From positions 1 to 52,244 of the forward strand of contig JBGULD010000028.1 of NCBI GenBank assembly GCA_045114745.1: DNA of 52,244 nucleotides, written 5' to 3'. Below the pieces are notes generated by a model that ran no database searches, had not been told where the DNA came from, and saw only the letters and a program-made list of their open reading frames with translations. The DNA is from Bacilli bacterium. Lineage in GTDB: Bacteria > Bacillota_I > Bacilli_A > RFN20 > CAG-826. The position numbers were made by a program, and so were the translations under genes. Positions 1 through 8,826 of this stretch are shown here, in pieces (position 1 is the stretch's first letter; each line of letters begins with the position of its first letter).

Positions 1-60
1 AAAGAATACTTTTTGCTCACTGTTAGGATAGATACGATACTTATAAGCAATTCTTTTCAT
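1..60 (-). mobile_element. tnpB: First 20 codons of a TnpB/OrfB-type (IS200/IS605-family) gene, truncated by the window edge
   Basis: Reverse complement of 1-60 reads MKRIAYKYRIYPNSEQKVFF. The AYKYRIYPN-x-EQ opening is the characteristic N-terminus of IS605 OrfB/TnpB proteins. Only 20 aa are visible. Confidence 0.5.
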
Positions 61-273
61 AAAACTATTGAGATAAATAAAAGGGGAAGATAAAACAATA
101 AATGCTTTCTCATATCCCCTTATCCTAATAATATTATATCAATTAATTGATATATTCTCAATAAATATTTACTTGTATTTATAAACATTTATAATTAGCA
201 ATTCATCCCCCACCTATAGAGGTAGCCATCAAACAATACTTTTGATGTGGGGGACTTCTTGCTAAAATATGTT

Positions 274-315
274 AAAAAGAAAAATCGCAGAATTGAATCT
301 GCGATTTCTTTTTTG
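274..315 (-). terminator. Rho-independent (bidirectional-looking) terminator downstream of rpsD
   Basis: Stem AAATCGCAGAA / TTCTGCGATTT (282-308) with loop TTGAA, flanked by an A-run on one side and a T-run on the other. It lies 16 nt past the rpsD stop. Confidence 0.75.
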
Positions 316-330
316 ATTTGATGTCGAATA

Positions 331-936
331 TTAGAGTTTTCTGTTGTAGTATTCGACGATTTGGCTCTCTGTGATGTCGGTTGGTAATTCCTTACGTTCA
401 ACTTCACGGATGTATTTGCCGGACAATTTTTCTGCATCAACTTCGACCCAAGCGTATTTGGCAGCGACTGATTCTAAAGATTCTTTAATGACTTTAAGAT
501 CTTTGCTGTTTTCTCTGACGGAGATAACATCTCCGACTTGGCATAAGTATGATGGGATGTCGACTTTCTTGCCATTGACTTCGATGTGGCCGTGGTTGAC
601 TAATTGTCTTGCACCTCTACGGGTACGGGCAAAGCCTAAACGGAACACTAAGTTATCTAAACGGCTTTCGAGTAATTTCATGAAGGCGACACCTGTAACT
701 TCGTTACTGTTTAACGCGATCATGAATAAGCGACGGAATTGTCTTTCGTTAACGCCATACATTTGTCTTAATTTTTGTTTTTCGACTAATTGCTTACCGT
801 ATTCAGATAATTTCTTTTTACGAGTATTACCATGTTGGCCAGGTCCATAAGGACGTTTGGCTAATTCTTTACCGGTTTCAAGAGTTGAAAAACCTAAACG
901 ACGGCTTCTTTTCCAATCTGATCCTGTGTATCTCAT
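331..936 (-). CDS. rpsD: 30S ribosomal protein S4
   Basis: [15 protein letters not shown]... N-terminus and S4 RNA-binding domain. I place the start at the internal ATG (934-936), preceded by GGAAGGAA, rather than at the ORF-track ATG at 969. Confidence 0.95.
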   Translation of the reverse strand: MRYTGSDWKRSRRLGFSTLETGKELAKRPYGPGQHGNTRKKKLSEYGKQLVEKQKLRQMYGVNERQFRRLFMIALNSNEVTGVAFMKLLESRLDNLVFRLGFARTRRGARQLVNHGHIEVNGKKVDIPSYLCQVGDVISVRENSKDLKVIKESLESVAAKYAWVEVDAEKLSGKYIREVERKELPTDITESQIVEYYNRKL

Positions 937-1060
937 GTTCGTTCCTTCCTTTCTTATTATTTTTCGCAAAATAATGGATAGGTGTGAATCCCTGTCTCCG
1001 GGTGTTCTCGTTTCACCCTATAGCTTAGGTTACTTTGTAAATTGAGAACGTCAGTCAAGA
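937..1060 (-). promoter_or_regulatory. Structured 5' leader of rpsD (candidate S4 autoregulatory leader)
   Basis: GC-rich island in otherwise AT-rich DNA. On the minus strand GGGTG-AAACGAGAA-CACCC is followed by GGAGACAGGGATTCACACC, which can pair alternatively with GGTGAA (pseudoknot-like). Firmicute rpsD genes are known to be S4-autoregulated through the leader. Confidence 0.35.
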
Positions 1061-1509
1061 CGTATTCACATGCTGCATTACATGCAGTAAATACTATATA
1101 GAAAAGGCAAAAATCAGTCAACCATTTTTTATTTTTTCTCGAAGATATAAAATCTTCACTTATTTTTTATCATTTTCAGAATCATTTTTAAGCTGACTCA
1201 GTAGTGGTATAAAAATAAAAATGTAAAAACTGAAATATTAAATACTGATTTATTAATAAAAGAAAGTTATATTTATATTGTGAAAATGAAAACCATATCA
1301 AAACATAGGTTAATATGTCATTAGAATAATTTGGTTTCAAAAATAGTGGAAATCCGGCTTAAAACAAGTAGTGGTTTTTCAAAAAAATATTTTTTATGAA
1401 AAGTCCTTTATTCTTTAACCCTTTTAACCTTACAATATTATAGAGTCATATGCTGACTTACATTTTAAATGTAGCTAAATATATCACGAACGAATAAGGA
1501 GAATTAATT

Positions 1510-3225
1510 ATGAAACCAGTTGCAGTTGTCTTAATCATCATCGGGATTGTTGCCGTTTTGGCCGCTCTCGGAATACTACTTTACATCTTTGTTTTCTCCA
1601 GAAATTCCTATAAAAGACAAGTTCGTGAATTAGAAAGAAAATTCTCTTATTTTGATGCCTTATTAGTGGGTCAAGATTCCCAATATATCCATCACTTAGA
1701 AATCGTTAGTAGAACTAATCTTCTTTATGTTGAGAAGTACAATACCTACTCCAAGAGATTTAAAGAAGTCTTTGATAACGATGACAAATTTGCTGAATCT
1801 ATGATTAAGCAACTTAATTCATTAGTGGCCTCTAACCAATTCAAAAACATCAAGATGGTTATTGCTGATGCAAAGAAAGCTATCGCTATTTTTGAAGAAG
1901 CGGTTAACAACTTAGATGCGGAATTATATGAAATCATCAAACCAGAAGAAGAAGCTAGACAGGCGATCTTAAAACTCAAAGAGAATTACCGTCGTGTTAA
2001 ACAAATCTTCTACTCTAACTCTAACGACCTTGAATTAGTCGCTGTTTCTTTCAACAAAGTATTTGAGAAATTAGATACTTCTTTCGTGGAATTTGAAAAC
2101 CATATCGAAAGTGCGGAATACGAAGAAGCCAATGAACTACTTCCTGTTATTTCCAAAGTTATCGCTGCTTTAGAAGAAGCCTTATCTCAACTTCCAAACC
2201 TCTGCATTATGGTGCAATCTGTTTTACCAGAAAAGATTGAACAATTAACTAATGAATATACCGCTGTGGAAAGAAGAGGTGTCCCATTATTTAATTTATC
2301 TTTCCGTCACCATGTTGATGAATGGAAGAAAGTTATTGAAGACCTCAAAAAACAATTAATTAATTTACAAACCAAAGGTGCTTCCGAAAAGATTGAAAAT
2401 ATCCAAAGAGAAATTGAAAAGACAAGAGAACTTTTGAATGTAGAAGTGGATGACAAAGCTATCTTTGAAGAAGCCGCTGATCATTTATATAGAGCCGCCA
2501 TTTCTTTAGAAAAAGAATTCTTAAAGGTGTGTTCATTACTTCCTGATGTGGAAAAAATCTACATTATTTCTAATGAACAAAAACAACACATCGAAGAATT
2601 AAAAGAAAGTATGAACAAGATGGGTGGTAGTAAGAGAACTCTTGATAACTTCATCCACTCTGGAACTAAACAACCATATAGTATTCTTCGTAAAAAACTC
2701 GATGATTTACAACAAGACTATGATGTCGCTAACAAAGGTTTGAACGACTTCAAAGCCTACATTGAATCATTGAGAACTTCTTGTGAAGAAGCATATTCCT
2801 TGGTCTTTATTTATTTCTACCGTTGTAAACAAAGCGAATCTATTCTTAGAGAAATCAGTATCTCTTCATTCGCCGAACAATATAACGACCAATTTGAATC
2901 CTGCTATCAATTATTAAATGAAATCGACCTTTCTTTGAAAGTTCAACCAATTGATGTCGCTATTGTTAACGATAAAGTTGAACAATTAAAGAACATTGCT
3001 AATAAACTATTTGATGATGTCGATAACAAATACCGTGAACAACAACTCGCGGAAAGTGCGATTGTCTACGCTAATAGAGATCGTAACCATCAAGCGGACG
3101 TCCATCATCAATTATCTCAACTTGAAGATTCCTTCTTTAAAGGAGAATTCGTCAAAGTTTATCATGACGCTAACGCCATTTACCGCCGCATGCACGTAGA
3201 GGATTCTGGTAGTAATGGCAGATAA
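1510..3225 (+). CDS. ezrA: Septation ring formation regulator EzrA
   Basis: 571 aa with a single N-terminal TM (VAVVLIIIGIVAVLAALGILLYIFVF) followed by long coiled-coil repeats. AAGGAG SD 8 nt upstream. Sits next to the iscS/thiI pair as in B. subtilis. Confidence 0.8.
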   Translation: MKPVAVVLIIIGIVAVLAALGILLYIFVFSRNSYKRQVRELERKFSYFDALLVGQDSQYIHHLEIVSRTNLLYVEKYNTYSKRFKEVFDNDDKFAESMIKQLNSLVASNQFKNIKMVIADAKKAIAIFEEAVNNLDAELYEIIKPEEEARQAILKLKENYRRVKQIFYSNSNDLELVAVSFNKVFEKLDTSFVEFENHIESAEYEEANELLPVISKVIAALEEALSQLPNLCIMVQSVLPEKIEQLTNEYTAVERRGVPLFNLSFRHHVDEWKKVIEDLKKQLINLQTKGASEKIENIQREIEKTRELLNVEVDDKAIFEEAADHLYRAAISLEKEFLKVCSLLPDVEKIYIISNEQKQHIEELKESMNKMGGSKRTLDNFIHSGTKQPYSILRKKLDDLQQDYDVANKGLNDFKAYIESLRTSCEEAYSLVFIYFYRCKQSESILREISISSFAEQYNDQFESCYQLLNEIDLSLKVQPIDVAIVNDKVEQLKNIANKLFDDVDNKYREQQLAESAIVYANRDRNHQADVHHQLSQLEDSFFKGEFVKVYHDANAIYRRMHVEDSGSNGR

Positions 3226-4348
3226 TATTATCTATTTAGATAACGCCGCCACAACCGTGGTTAATAATGAAGTTTTGGAAGCTTATAACAAAGCCAAGAA
3301 ACTTTATTTTGCTAACCCTAGTAGTATTCATATTCCTGGCCAAGAAGCTTCTCGTTTATTAGAAAAAGCCAGGGAACAAATTCTTTCTATTTTAAAAGTG
3401 AAAGACGATGAGCTTATTTTTACTAGTGGTGCTACTGAAGCTAATAACCTCGCTATCAAAGGGTATTGTTTGAGATATCAAAATAGAGGCAAACATATTA
3501 TTGTCAGTAATATTGAACATCCATCTGTTTTAGAAACCGCGAAACAATTAGAAGAACATTTTGGTTTTGAAGTGACTTATCTACCAGTCAACGAAAAAGG
3601 TGTGGTGGAAGTTAACACCTTAAAGGCTGCGATTAGAAAAGATACAATTCTTGTCTCTATCATGGCAGTCAATAATGAGATTGGTACTATCAATCCTATC
3701 CATGAGATTGCGGAGCTATTAAAAGAGTATCCATTAATTGTTTTCCATGTCGATGTCACACAAGGAATTACCAAGATTGATTTACCTTATCAAGACATGG
3801 ATATGTTCTCTTTTTCCGGGCATAAAATTCATGGTTTAAATAGCAGTGGTGCTTTAGTCAAAAGAAAGAAAATTGAACTCCTTCCGATCATGTCTGGAGG
3901 AGGCCAAGAAAATAACTTTAGAAGTGGCACAAATGACGTCGCTTTAGCGGTCTCTTTAGCCAAGGCATTAAGACTAGAAAATGAAAAAATAAGCGAGAAT
4001 TACCGCAAAATTGCGGCAATTTCTCAATTTTTAAAGGATTATTTATCTTCTAGAAAAGACCTCTATGAACTCAATAGTGATGATAATCCTTATATCGTAA
4101 ATTTCTCCACTTTGACTAGGAAAGCTAGCGTTATTGTCGAGGCACTTTCTTCTCGTGGAATTATGGTCTCTTCGACCTCTGCTTGTCACGCCAAAGAAGA
4201 GCCAATTAGCTATGTCGTTTTAGCACTCGGTAAGAGTGAACAAAAAGCGCATAATACCATCAGAGTGTCATTATCAGAAGACACTACTTTAGAGGATATT
4301 AAATGCCTCATTAAGAATTTAGAAGAATTAGTTGAGGGTTTGAAATAA
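3215..4348 (+). CDS. iscS: Cysteine desulfurase (class V aminotransferase, NifZ/IscS-like partner of ThiI)
   Basis: PLP-lysine motif SFSGHKIHG, catalytic-Cys loop SSTSACH, and TSGATEANN near the N-terminus. Overlaps ezrA by 11 nt and thiI by 1 nt (TAATG). Confidence 0.9.
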   Translation: MADNIIYLDNAATTVVNNEVLEAYNKAKKLYFANPSSIHIPGQEASRLLEKAREQILSILKVKDDELIFTSGATEANNLAIKGYCLRYQNRGKHIIVSNIEHPSVLETAKQLEEHFGFEVTYLPVNEKGVVEVNTLKAAIRKDTILVSIMAVNNEIGTINPIHEIAELLKEYPLIVFHVDVTQGITKIDLPYQDMDMFSFSGHKIHGLNSSGALVKRKKIELLPIMSGGGQENNFRSGTNDVALAVSLAKALRLENEKISENYRKIAAISQFLKDYLSSRKDLYELNSDDNPYIVNFSTLTRKASVIVEALSSRGIMVSSTSACHAKEEPISYVVLALGKSEQKAHNTIRVSLSEDTTLEDIKCLIKNLEELVEGLK

Positions 4349-5547
4349 TGATTAAATATGATCACATCATGGTGAGGTTTGGTGAATTATCCACGAAGGG
4401 AAAAAACAAGATAGATTTCATTCGTGTTTTATTCCATAACATCAAACGCGCTCTTAAAGAATTTAATGAATTAGAAATCAATATGCGTCATGACCATATT
4501 TATGTGGCGCTTAACGATGTTGATTACAAACCTGTTATTGAAAGACTTCAAGATGTCAGTGGCATTCAAGGATTATCTTTAGTCCATAAAACCACTGATA
4601 GAGATATTGAAAACATTAAAGAGACCTCTTTGAAACTCATTGAGCAAGAAGAAGGAAAGACATTTAAAGTCAAAGTCAAAAGAAGTGATAAAACTTATCC
4701 GATGATTTCCGATGAGATTACACGCGCGGTCGCGGGTCATATTTTAAGGAAATTAGGTGACAAGTTATCTGTCGATGTCCATAACCCTGATATTCTTCTC
4801 TCCATCGAAGTTAGAGAAGAAGCAGTTTATATCTTCTCTCACACCTATCTAGGTGCTGGTGGATATCCATTAGGAGTGGGTGGCAAATCAATGCATATGT
4901 TATCCGGCGGTATTGATTCTCCAGTCGCGGCTTATTTATTAATGAAAAGAGGAGTGAGTATTGAATGTATTCATTTCGCTTCTCCTCCATATACCCAAGT
5001 TGGTGTTATTTATAAATTGGAAGATTTATTAAAAGTCCTTAATACATATCAATCAAAGATTAGGCTCCATATCGTTCCTTTCACCAAGATTCAAGAAGCT
5101 ATCTATGACCATGTCCCAGAGAGCTATTGCATCACCATGATGAGAAGAATGATGTTCCGCTTAGCGGACCGCTTGGCAAAATATAGAAAATGTCCAGTTA
5201 TTAGTACCGGTGAATCCGTTGGTCAAGTAGCGTCACAAACACTTCAATCCATGCACGTCATTAATGAGGTGACAAATACACCGATTATTAGACCATGCGC
5301 CACAATGGATAAAACAGATATTATCGCAACATCAATTAGAATTGGAACTTATGATATTTCCATTCGCCCTTATATTGATTGCTGTACGATATTTACTCCC
5401 AAAGCCCCAAAGACATCACCTCATTTAGATGATTGTCTCAGGTTTGAAAAAGAATTTGATTACGAACCACTTATCAAAGAAGCATTAGATAATATCGAAG
5501 TGAAATTCATATCTGATGAAGTGGAAGAAAAAGAAGAGTTGTTATAA
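4348..5547 (+). CDS. thiI: tRNA 4-thiouridine(8) synthase ThiI (no rhodanese domain)
   Basis: N-terminal ferredoxin-like/THUMP region (RFGELSTKGKN) and PP-loop SGGIDSPVA. At 399 aa it lacks the C-terminal rhodanese extension, as in Bacillus ThiI. Confidence 0.9.
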   Translation: MIKYDHIMVRFGELSTKGKNKIDFIRVLFHNIKRALKEFNELEINMRHDHIYVALNDVDYKPVIERLQDVSGIQGLSLVHKTTDRDIENIKETSLKLIEQEEGKTFKVKVKRSDKTYPMISDEITRAVAGHILRKLGDKLSVDVHNPDILLSIEVREEAVYIFSHTYLGAGGYPLGVGGKSMHMLSGGIDSPVAAYLLMKRGVSIECIHFASPPYTQVGVIYKLEDLLKVLNTYQSKIRLHIVPFTKIQEAIYDHVPESYCITMMRRMMFRLADRLAKYRKCPVISTGESVGQVASQTLQSMHVINEVTNTPIIRPCATMDKTDIIATSIRIGTYDISIRPYIDCCTIFTPKAPKTSPHLDDCLRFEKEFDYEPLIKEALDNIEVKFISDEVEEKEELL

Positions 5548-5552
5548 AAAAT

Positions 5553-5586
5553 AAGAAGTAGAGTTTGATACCTACTTCTTTTTTTA
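5553..5586 (+). terminator. Rho-independent terminator after thiI
   Basis: AAGAAGTAG (5553-5561) / CTACTTCTT (5572-5580) stem followed by a T-run. Confidence 0.75.
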
Positions 5587-5587
5587 T

Positions 5588-5613
5588 GAAAAAACCTCCC
5601 AATATTGGGAGGT
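5588..5613 (-). terminator. Rho-independent terminator after rplT
   Basis: Minus strand reads ACCTCCCA-ATAT-TGGGAGGT followed by TTTTTT. Confidence 0.8.
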
Positions 5614-5630
5614 GTTCTCTTTTAGAATAA

Positions 5631-5987
5631 TTATTTCGCGTTTTTCTTTGCTAATTTCACTAAATCGGCAAATGCAGCGGGATCATTGATCGCTAATTCG
5701 GATAACATCTTACGGTTAACTTGAACGTTAGCTTGTTTTAAACCGAACATGAATTTGCTGTAAGAAATGTCATTCATACGGCATGCAGCGTTGATACGTC
5801 TGATCCATAATTTTCTGTAGTCGCTTTTTAATTTACGACGATCGTTATATGCATAGTTTAAACTGTGCATAACTTGCTCTTTCGCTGTTTTGAAGAGTAA
5901 GTGTTTGCTTCCGAAGTAACCAGAAGCCATTTTTAAGATTTTTTTACGACGTGCACGTGTGACTGTGCCACCTTTAACTCTAGCCAT
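5631..5987 (-). CDS. rplT: 50S ribosomal protein L20
   Basis: [26 protein letters not shown]... is a canonical L20. Confidence 0.97.
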   Translation of the reverse strand: MARVKGGTVTRARRKKILKMASGYFGSKHLLFKTAKEQVMHSLNYAYNDRRKLKSDYRKLWIRRINAACRMNDISYSKFMFGLKQANVQVNRKMLSELAINDPAAFADLVKLAKKNAK

Positions 5988-6001
5988 TAATGGTTACCTC
6001 C

Positions 6002-6196
6002 TTACTTAACGATGAGAAACTTAATTCTCTTGTAATCTGACTTGTGGACAGATGTGGACTTCATTAAGTGTCTCTTTTGTTTGGTTGTTTTGTGTGGGGC
6101 TAAATGTGAAACGTATGCGTGGTGTCTTGTGACTTTACCACTGCCAGTGACCTTAACTCTTTTCATAAGGCCTCTTTTGCTTTTCATTTTTGGCAT
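6002..6196 (-). CDS. rpmI: 50S ribosomal protein L35
   Basis: [31 protein letters not shown]... I start at the internal ATG (6194-6196), preceded by GGAGGAAA. The ORF-track N-terminal extension overlaps infC. Confidence 0.95.
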   Translation of the reverse strand: MPKMKSKRGLMKRVKVTGSGKVTRHHAYVSHLAPHKTTKQKRHLMKSTSVHKSDYKRIKFLIVK

Positions 6197-6207
6197 AATT
6201 TTTCCTC

Positions 6208-6762
6208 CTACTTTCTTTTTGGAGCGAGAATGGCGATCATCCAACGGCCATCCATTGAGGATGGTTTTTCGATGACGCAATATTCGCTTAATAATGCAAT
6301 GAATTTATCCATCACTTCTTGACCGACTTCGAGGTGGGTCATTTGTCTACCACGGAATCTGACGCCCACTTTAACTTTGTTGCCATCTTGTAAGAACTTG
6401 ATAGCAGCGCGAGCTTTGGTTTCCATGTCATGCGCACCGATTTGAGGAGTAAGTTGCACTTCTTTAGTCTCGATGACATGTTGATTTTTTCTGGCTTCTT
6501 TGGCCTTCTTTTGCTGTTCAAAACGGTATTTACCGTAGTTAATAATTTTGCACACTGGAGGTTGAGCGTTTGGTGCGACACAGAGTAAGTCTAAGTCGTA
6601 TTCGTTAGCCTTTAGTTGTGCTTCTCTTGAAGACATTGTTCCTAATTGTTCTCCATTAGGACCAATAAGTAATACGGTGGGGAAGCGAACAAGTTCGTTC
6701 ACCAAGTCTTTGTTTTGATTGTTTGGCTTGCCTTTATTGCCGGAAAAATTGTTTGTGATGAT
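6208..6762 (-). CDS. infC: Translation initiation factor IF-3, probable non-AUG (ATC/ATA) start
   Basis: [10 protein letters not shown]...[16 protein letters not shown]...IF3 N- and C-domains. AAGGAG at 6772-6777 lies 9 nt before the in-frame ATC at 6760-6762. The ORF-track ATG (6805-6807) lies inside the attenuator hairpin. The exact start is uncertain. Confidence 0.85.
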   Translation of the reverse strand: MITNNFSGNKGKPNNQNKDLVNELVRFPTVLLIGPNGEQLGTMSSREAQLKANEYDLDLLCVAPNAQPPVCKIINYGKYRFEQQKKAKEARKNQHVIETKEVQLTPQIGAHDMETKARAAIKFLQDGNKVKVGVRFRGRQMTHLEVGQEVMDKFIALLSEYCVIEKPSSMDGRWMIAILAPKRK

Positions 6763-6906
6763 AAATATCAACTCCTTTTTGTCAAAAAAACGGATGACAG
6801 CATGCACCCGTTAACAATCTTAACCCCTAAGATGTAGCGTTAGCCAACCAACTAATATCGGTCTGGCGAGAAGCGGGTGCCTCTGCTTTCTACCTATTTA
6901 TTTGCG
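6763..6906 (-). promoter_or_regulatory. L20-type leader with terminator/attenuator upstream of infC-rpmI-rplT
   Basis: ~140-nt leader between the promoter and the infC SD. It ends in ACGGGTG-CATGCTGT-CATCCGT + TTTTTTT (plus-strand 6784-6811). Firmicute infC operons are known to be controlled by an L20-binding leader. Confidence 0.55.
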
Positions 6907-6912
6907 TCATAA

Positions 6913-6941
6913 ATATTATCATTGATAATGATACCTGTCAA
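6913..6941 (-). promoter_or_regulatory. Sigma-A-type promoter of the infC operon
   Basis: Minus strand: TTGACA (6936-6941), 17-nt spacer, TAATAT (6913-6918). Confidence 0.7.
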
Positions 6942-6942
6942 C

Positions 6943-6970
6943 AAAAAAGAAAAGCCCCAAAGGGGCTTCT
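6943..6970 (-). terminator. Rho-independent terminator after thrS
   Basis: Minus strand: GAAGCCCC-TTT-GGGGCTTT followed by TCTTTTTT. Confidence 0.8.
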
Positions 6971-6991
6971 CATAAAATTTGTTGAAATATT

Positions 6992-8749
6992 TTACTTCAT
7001 GAATTTGATTTCTTCATCAATTAAGGCAATGAAGTCATTAACCTTAACGGTGACTTGTTCTTTTTGACCGTATTTACGATAGGTAACAGTTCCATCGTCC
7101 CTTTCATGATCACCAAGAACAATTGTGTATGGAATCTTCTTCATTTGGGCATTTCTCATGCGATAGCCGAGTTTATCGTTGCTATCGTCGAGTTCAACAC
7201 GTAATCCATGATCTCTCATTTCCTTATAGAGTTTTTGCGCATATTCTAAATGGAAATTATTGCTGACTGGTAATAAGGCGATTTGTACTGGTGCGAGCCA
7301 GCTTGGGAAAGCACCTGCATAGTTTTCCGTAATAATACCAATAAATCTTTCAATAGAACCAAAGCATGCGCGGTGGAGCATGACCGGACGCTTCTTTTCA
7401 CCATCGGAATCGATATAGTAACAATCAAATCTTTCTGGTAAGTTCATGTCGAGTTGAACAGTGCCACATTGCCAGATTCTTCCCATAGAGTCTTTAAGTT
7501 TGAAGTCTAACTTTGGACCATAGAAAGCACCGTCACCTGGGTTGATCTTGAAATCATGACCAGAGTCTTCACACACTCTTTTAAGAATTTCTTCACTCTT
7601 ATTCCAAATGTTGATATCGCCAATATAGCCTTCTTCTGGACGAGTTGATAATTCGATTTTGTAGTCTAAACCGAAAATGGAATAAACTTCATCGTAGAGT
7701 TTGAGAATAGAAATGATTTCTTCTTCGATTTGATCGTCTCTAACAAATGTATGGGCATCATCTTGAGTGAAGCTTCTCACACGGAATAAACCATTTAATG
7801 CGCCAGAGGCTTCGTGTCTATGGACGTGACCGAGTTCCGCATAGCGTAATGGTAAATCTTTATAAGAATGCAAGGAGTTCTTGTAAACAAGAATGGCGCC
7901 TGGACAGTTCATTGGTTTGACAGCAAATTCCTTTTTGTCAATCTCTGTCGTATACATGTTATCTTTGTAGTGATCCCAGTGACCGGAGGTAATCCAGAGC
8001 TCTTTGGAGAGCATAATTGGGGTATCGATTAACATGTAATCATAGCGGGCATGGATCTTCTTCCACATGTCTTCAATCTGGGTTCTTAAGATCATTCCAT
8101 TAGGAAGCCAGAATGGGAATCCAGGACCGTATTCAGAGAGCATAAATAGGTTAAGTTGTTTGCCTAATAAGCGGTGGTCTCTTTTCTTTCTTTCCTCGAT
8201 TAAATTGAGGTAGCTTTCAAGTTGTTCCGCGCTGAACCAACTCGTACCATAAATACGCACTAATTGTTTATTCTTACTATCACCTCTCCAGTAAGCACCG
8301 GCGAGAGATAATAATTTAAAATATTTGATTTGGCCAGTGGACATAATGTGTGGACCACGGCATAAGTCGATAAATTTACCTTGTGTGAAGGTGGTGATAT
8401 CTTCGTTGATACCTTCGATTAATTCGACTTTGTAAGGATTGTTTTTAAAGACTTCAAGAGCTTGCTCTTTAGTTAAGACTTGTCTCACAATCTTTTCATC
8501 TTTACTAGCTAATTCGTGCATTTTCTTTTCGATCTTAGCTAAGTCTTCTTCGACGATTGGTTCTTTAAAATCAATGTCGTAATAGAAACCATTTTCAATG
8601 GCGGGACCATATCCGAATAAAGCATCAGGATATAATTCTTGAATCGCTTCGGCGAGTAAGTGAGAAGTGGAATGGTTTAAAACTTCTAACGCTTCCGGAG
8701 CATTTTTCTCCATTTCGATAATGGAGCCATCATGTTGTTGAACTTTCAT
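6992..8749 (-). CDS. thrS: Threonine--tRNA ligase (short form, TGS domain largely absent)
   Basis: HSTSHLLAEAIQ (editing-domain HxxxH region), class II catalytic core (FRVRSFTQDDAH, GFPFWLP) and anticodon-binding C-terminus. The start is either ATG 8747-8749 (MKVQQHDGS) or GTG 8768-8770. Confidence 0.92.
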   Translation of the reverse strand: MKVQQHDGSIIEMEKNAPEALEVLNHSTSHLLAEAIQELYPDALFGYGPAIENGFYYDIDFKEPIVEEDLAKIEKKMHELASKDEKIVRQVLTKEQALEVFKNNPYKVELIEGINEDITTFTQGKFIDLCRGPHIMSTGQIKYFKLLSLAGAYWRGDSKNKQLVRIYGTSWFSAEQLESYLNLIEERKKRDHRLLGKQLNLFMLSEYGPGFPFWLPNGMILRTQIEDMWKKIHARYDYMLIDTPIMLSKELWITSGHWDHYKDNMYTTEIDKKEFAVKPMNCPGAILVYKNSLHSYKDLPLRYAELGHVHRHEASGALNGLFRVRSFTQDDAHTFVRDDQIEEEIISILKLYDEVYSIFGLDYKIELSTRPEEGYIGDINIWNKSEEILKRVCEDSGHDFKINPGDGAFYGPKLDFKLKDSMGRIWQCGTVQLDMNLPERFDCYYIDSDGEKKRPVMLHRACFGSIERFIGIITENYAGAFPSWLAPVQIALLPVSNNFHLEYAQKLYKEMRDHGLRVELDDSNDKLGYRMRNAQMKKIPYTIVLGDHERDDGTVTYRKYGQKEQVTVKVNDFIALIDEEIKFMK

Positions 8750-8826
8750 AATAAAATCTTCTTTCTCCACAATACAGTAGTGGGCTTATTTGTATTTTTA
8801 TATAAATCAATAAACCAATAAATTGG

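Noticed and set aside
371-850. Long ORFs antisense to or nested in real genes. Examples: 371-850(+), 8843-9274(+), 9320-9676(+), 10901-11206(-), 12396-12722(+), 33880-34242(-), 39270-39554(-), 49313-49603(-).
   Set aside because: Each lies entirely within a well-supported conserved gene on the opposite strand or in another frame. They have no SD, and their compositions are low-complexity and Ser/Leu/Phe-rich, as expected for shadow frames of AT-rich coding DNA.
970-1509. The 540-bp AT-rich gap between rpsD and ezrA, as a possible hiding place for a small gene or sRNA.
   Set aside because: It contains only 12-15-codon ORFs without SDs, and short AT-rich palindromes (e.g. TACATTT-T-AAATGTA near 1460). 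Nothing can be supported beyond the rpsD leader and divergent promoters.
8771-8826. T-box riboswitch upstream of thrS.
   Set aside because: The intergenic space is far too short, and no specifier-loop or T-box (AANNNGGTGGNACCGCG-like) sequence is present.
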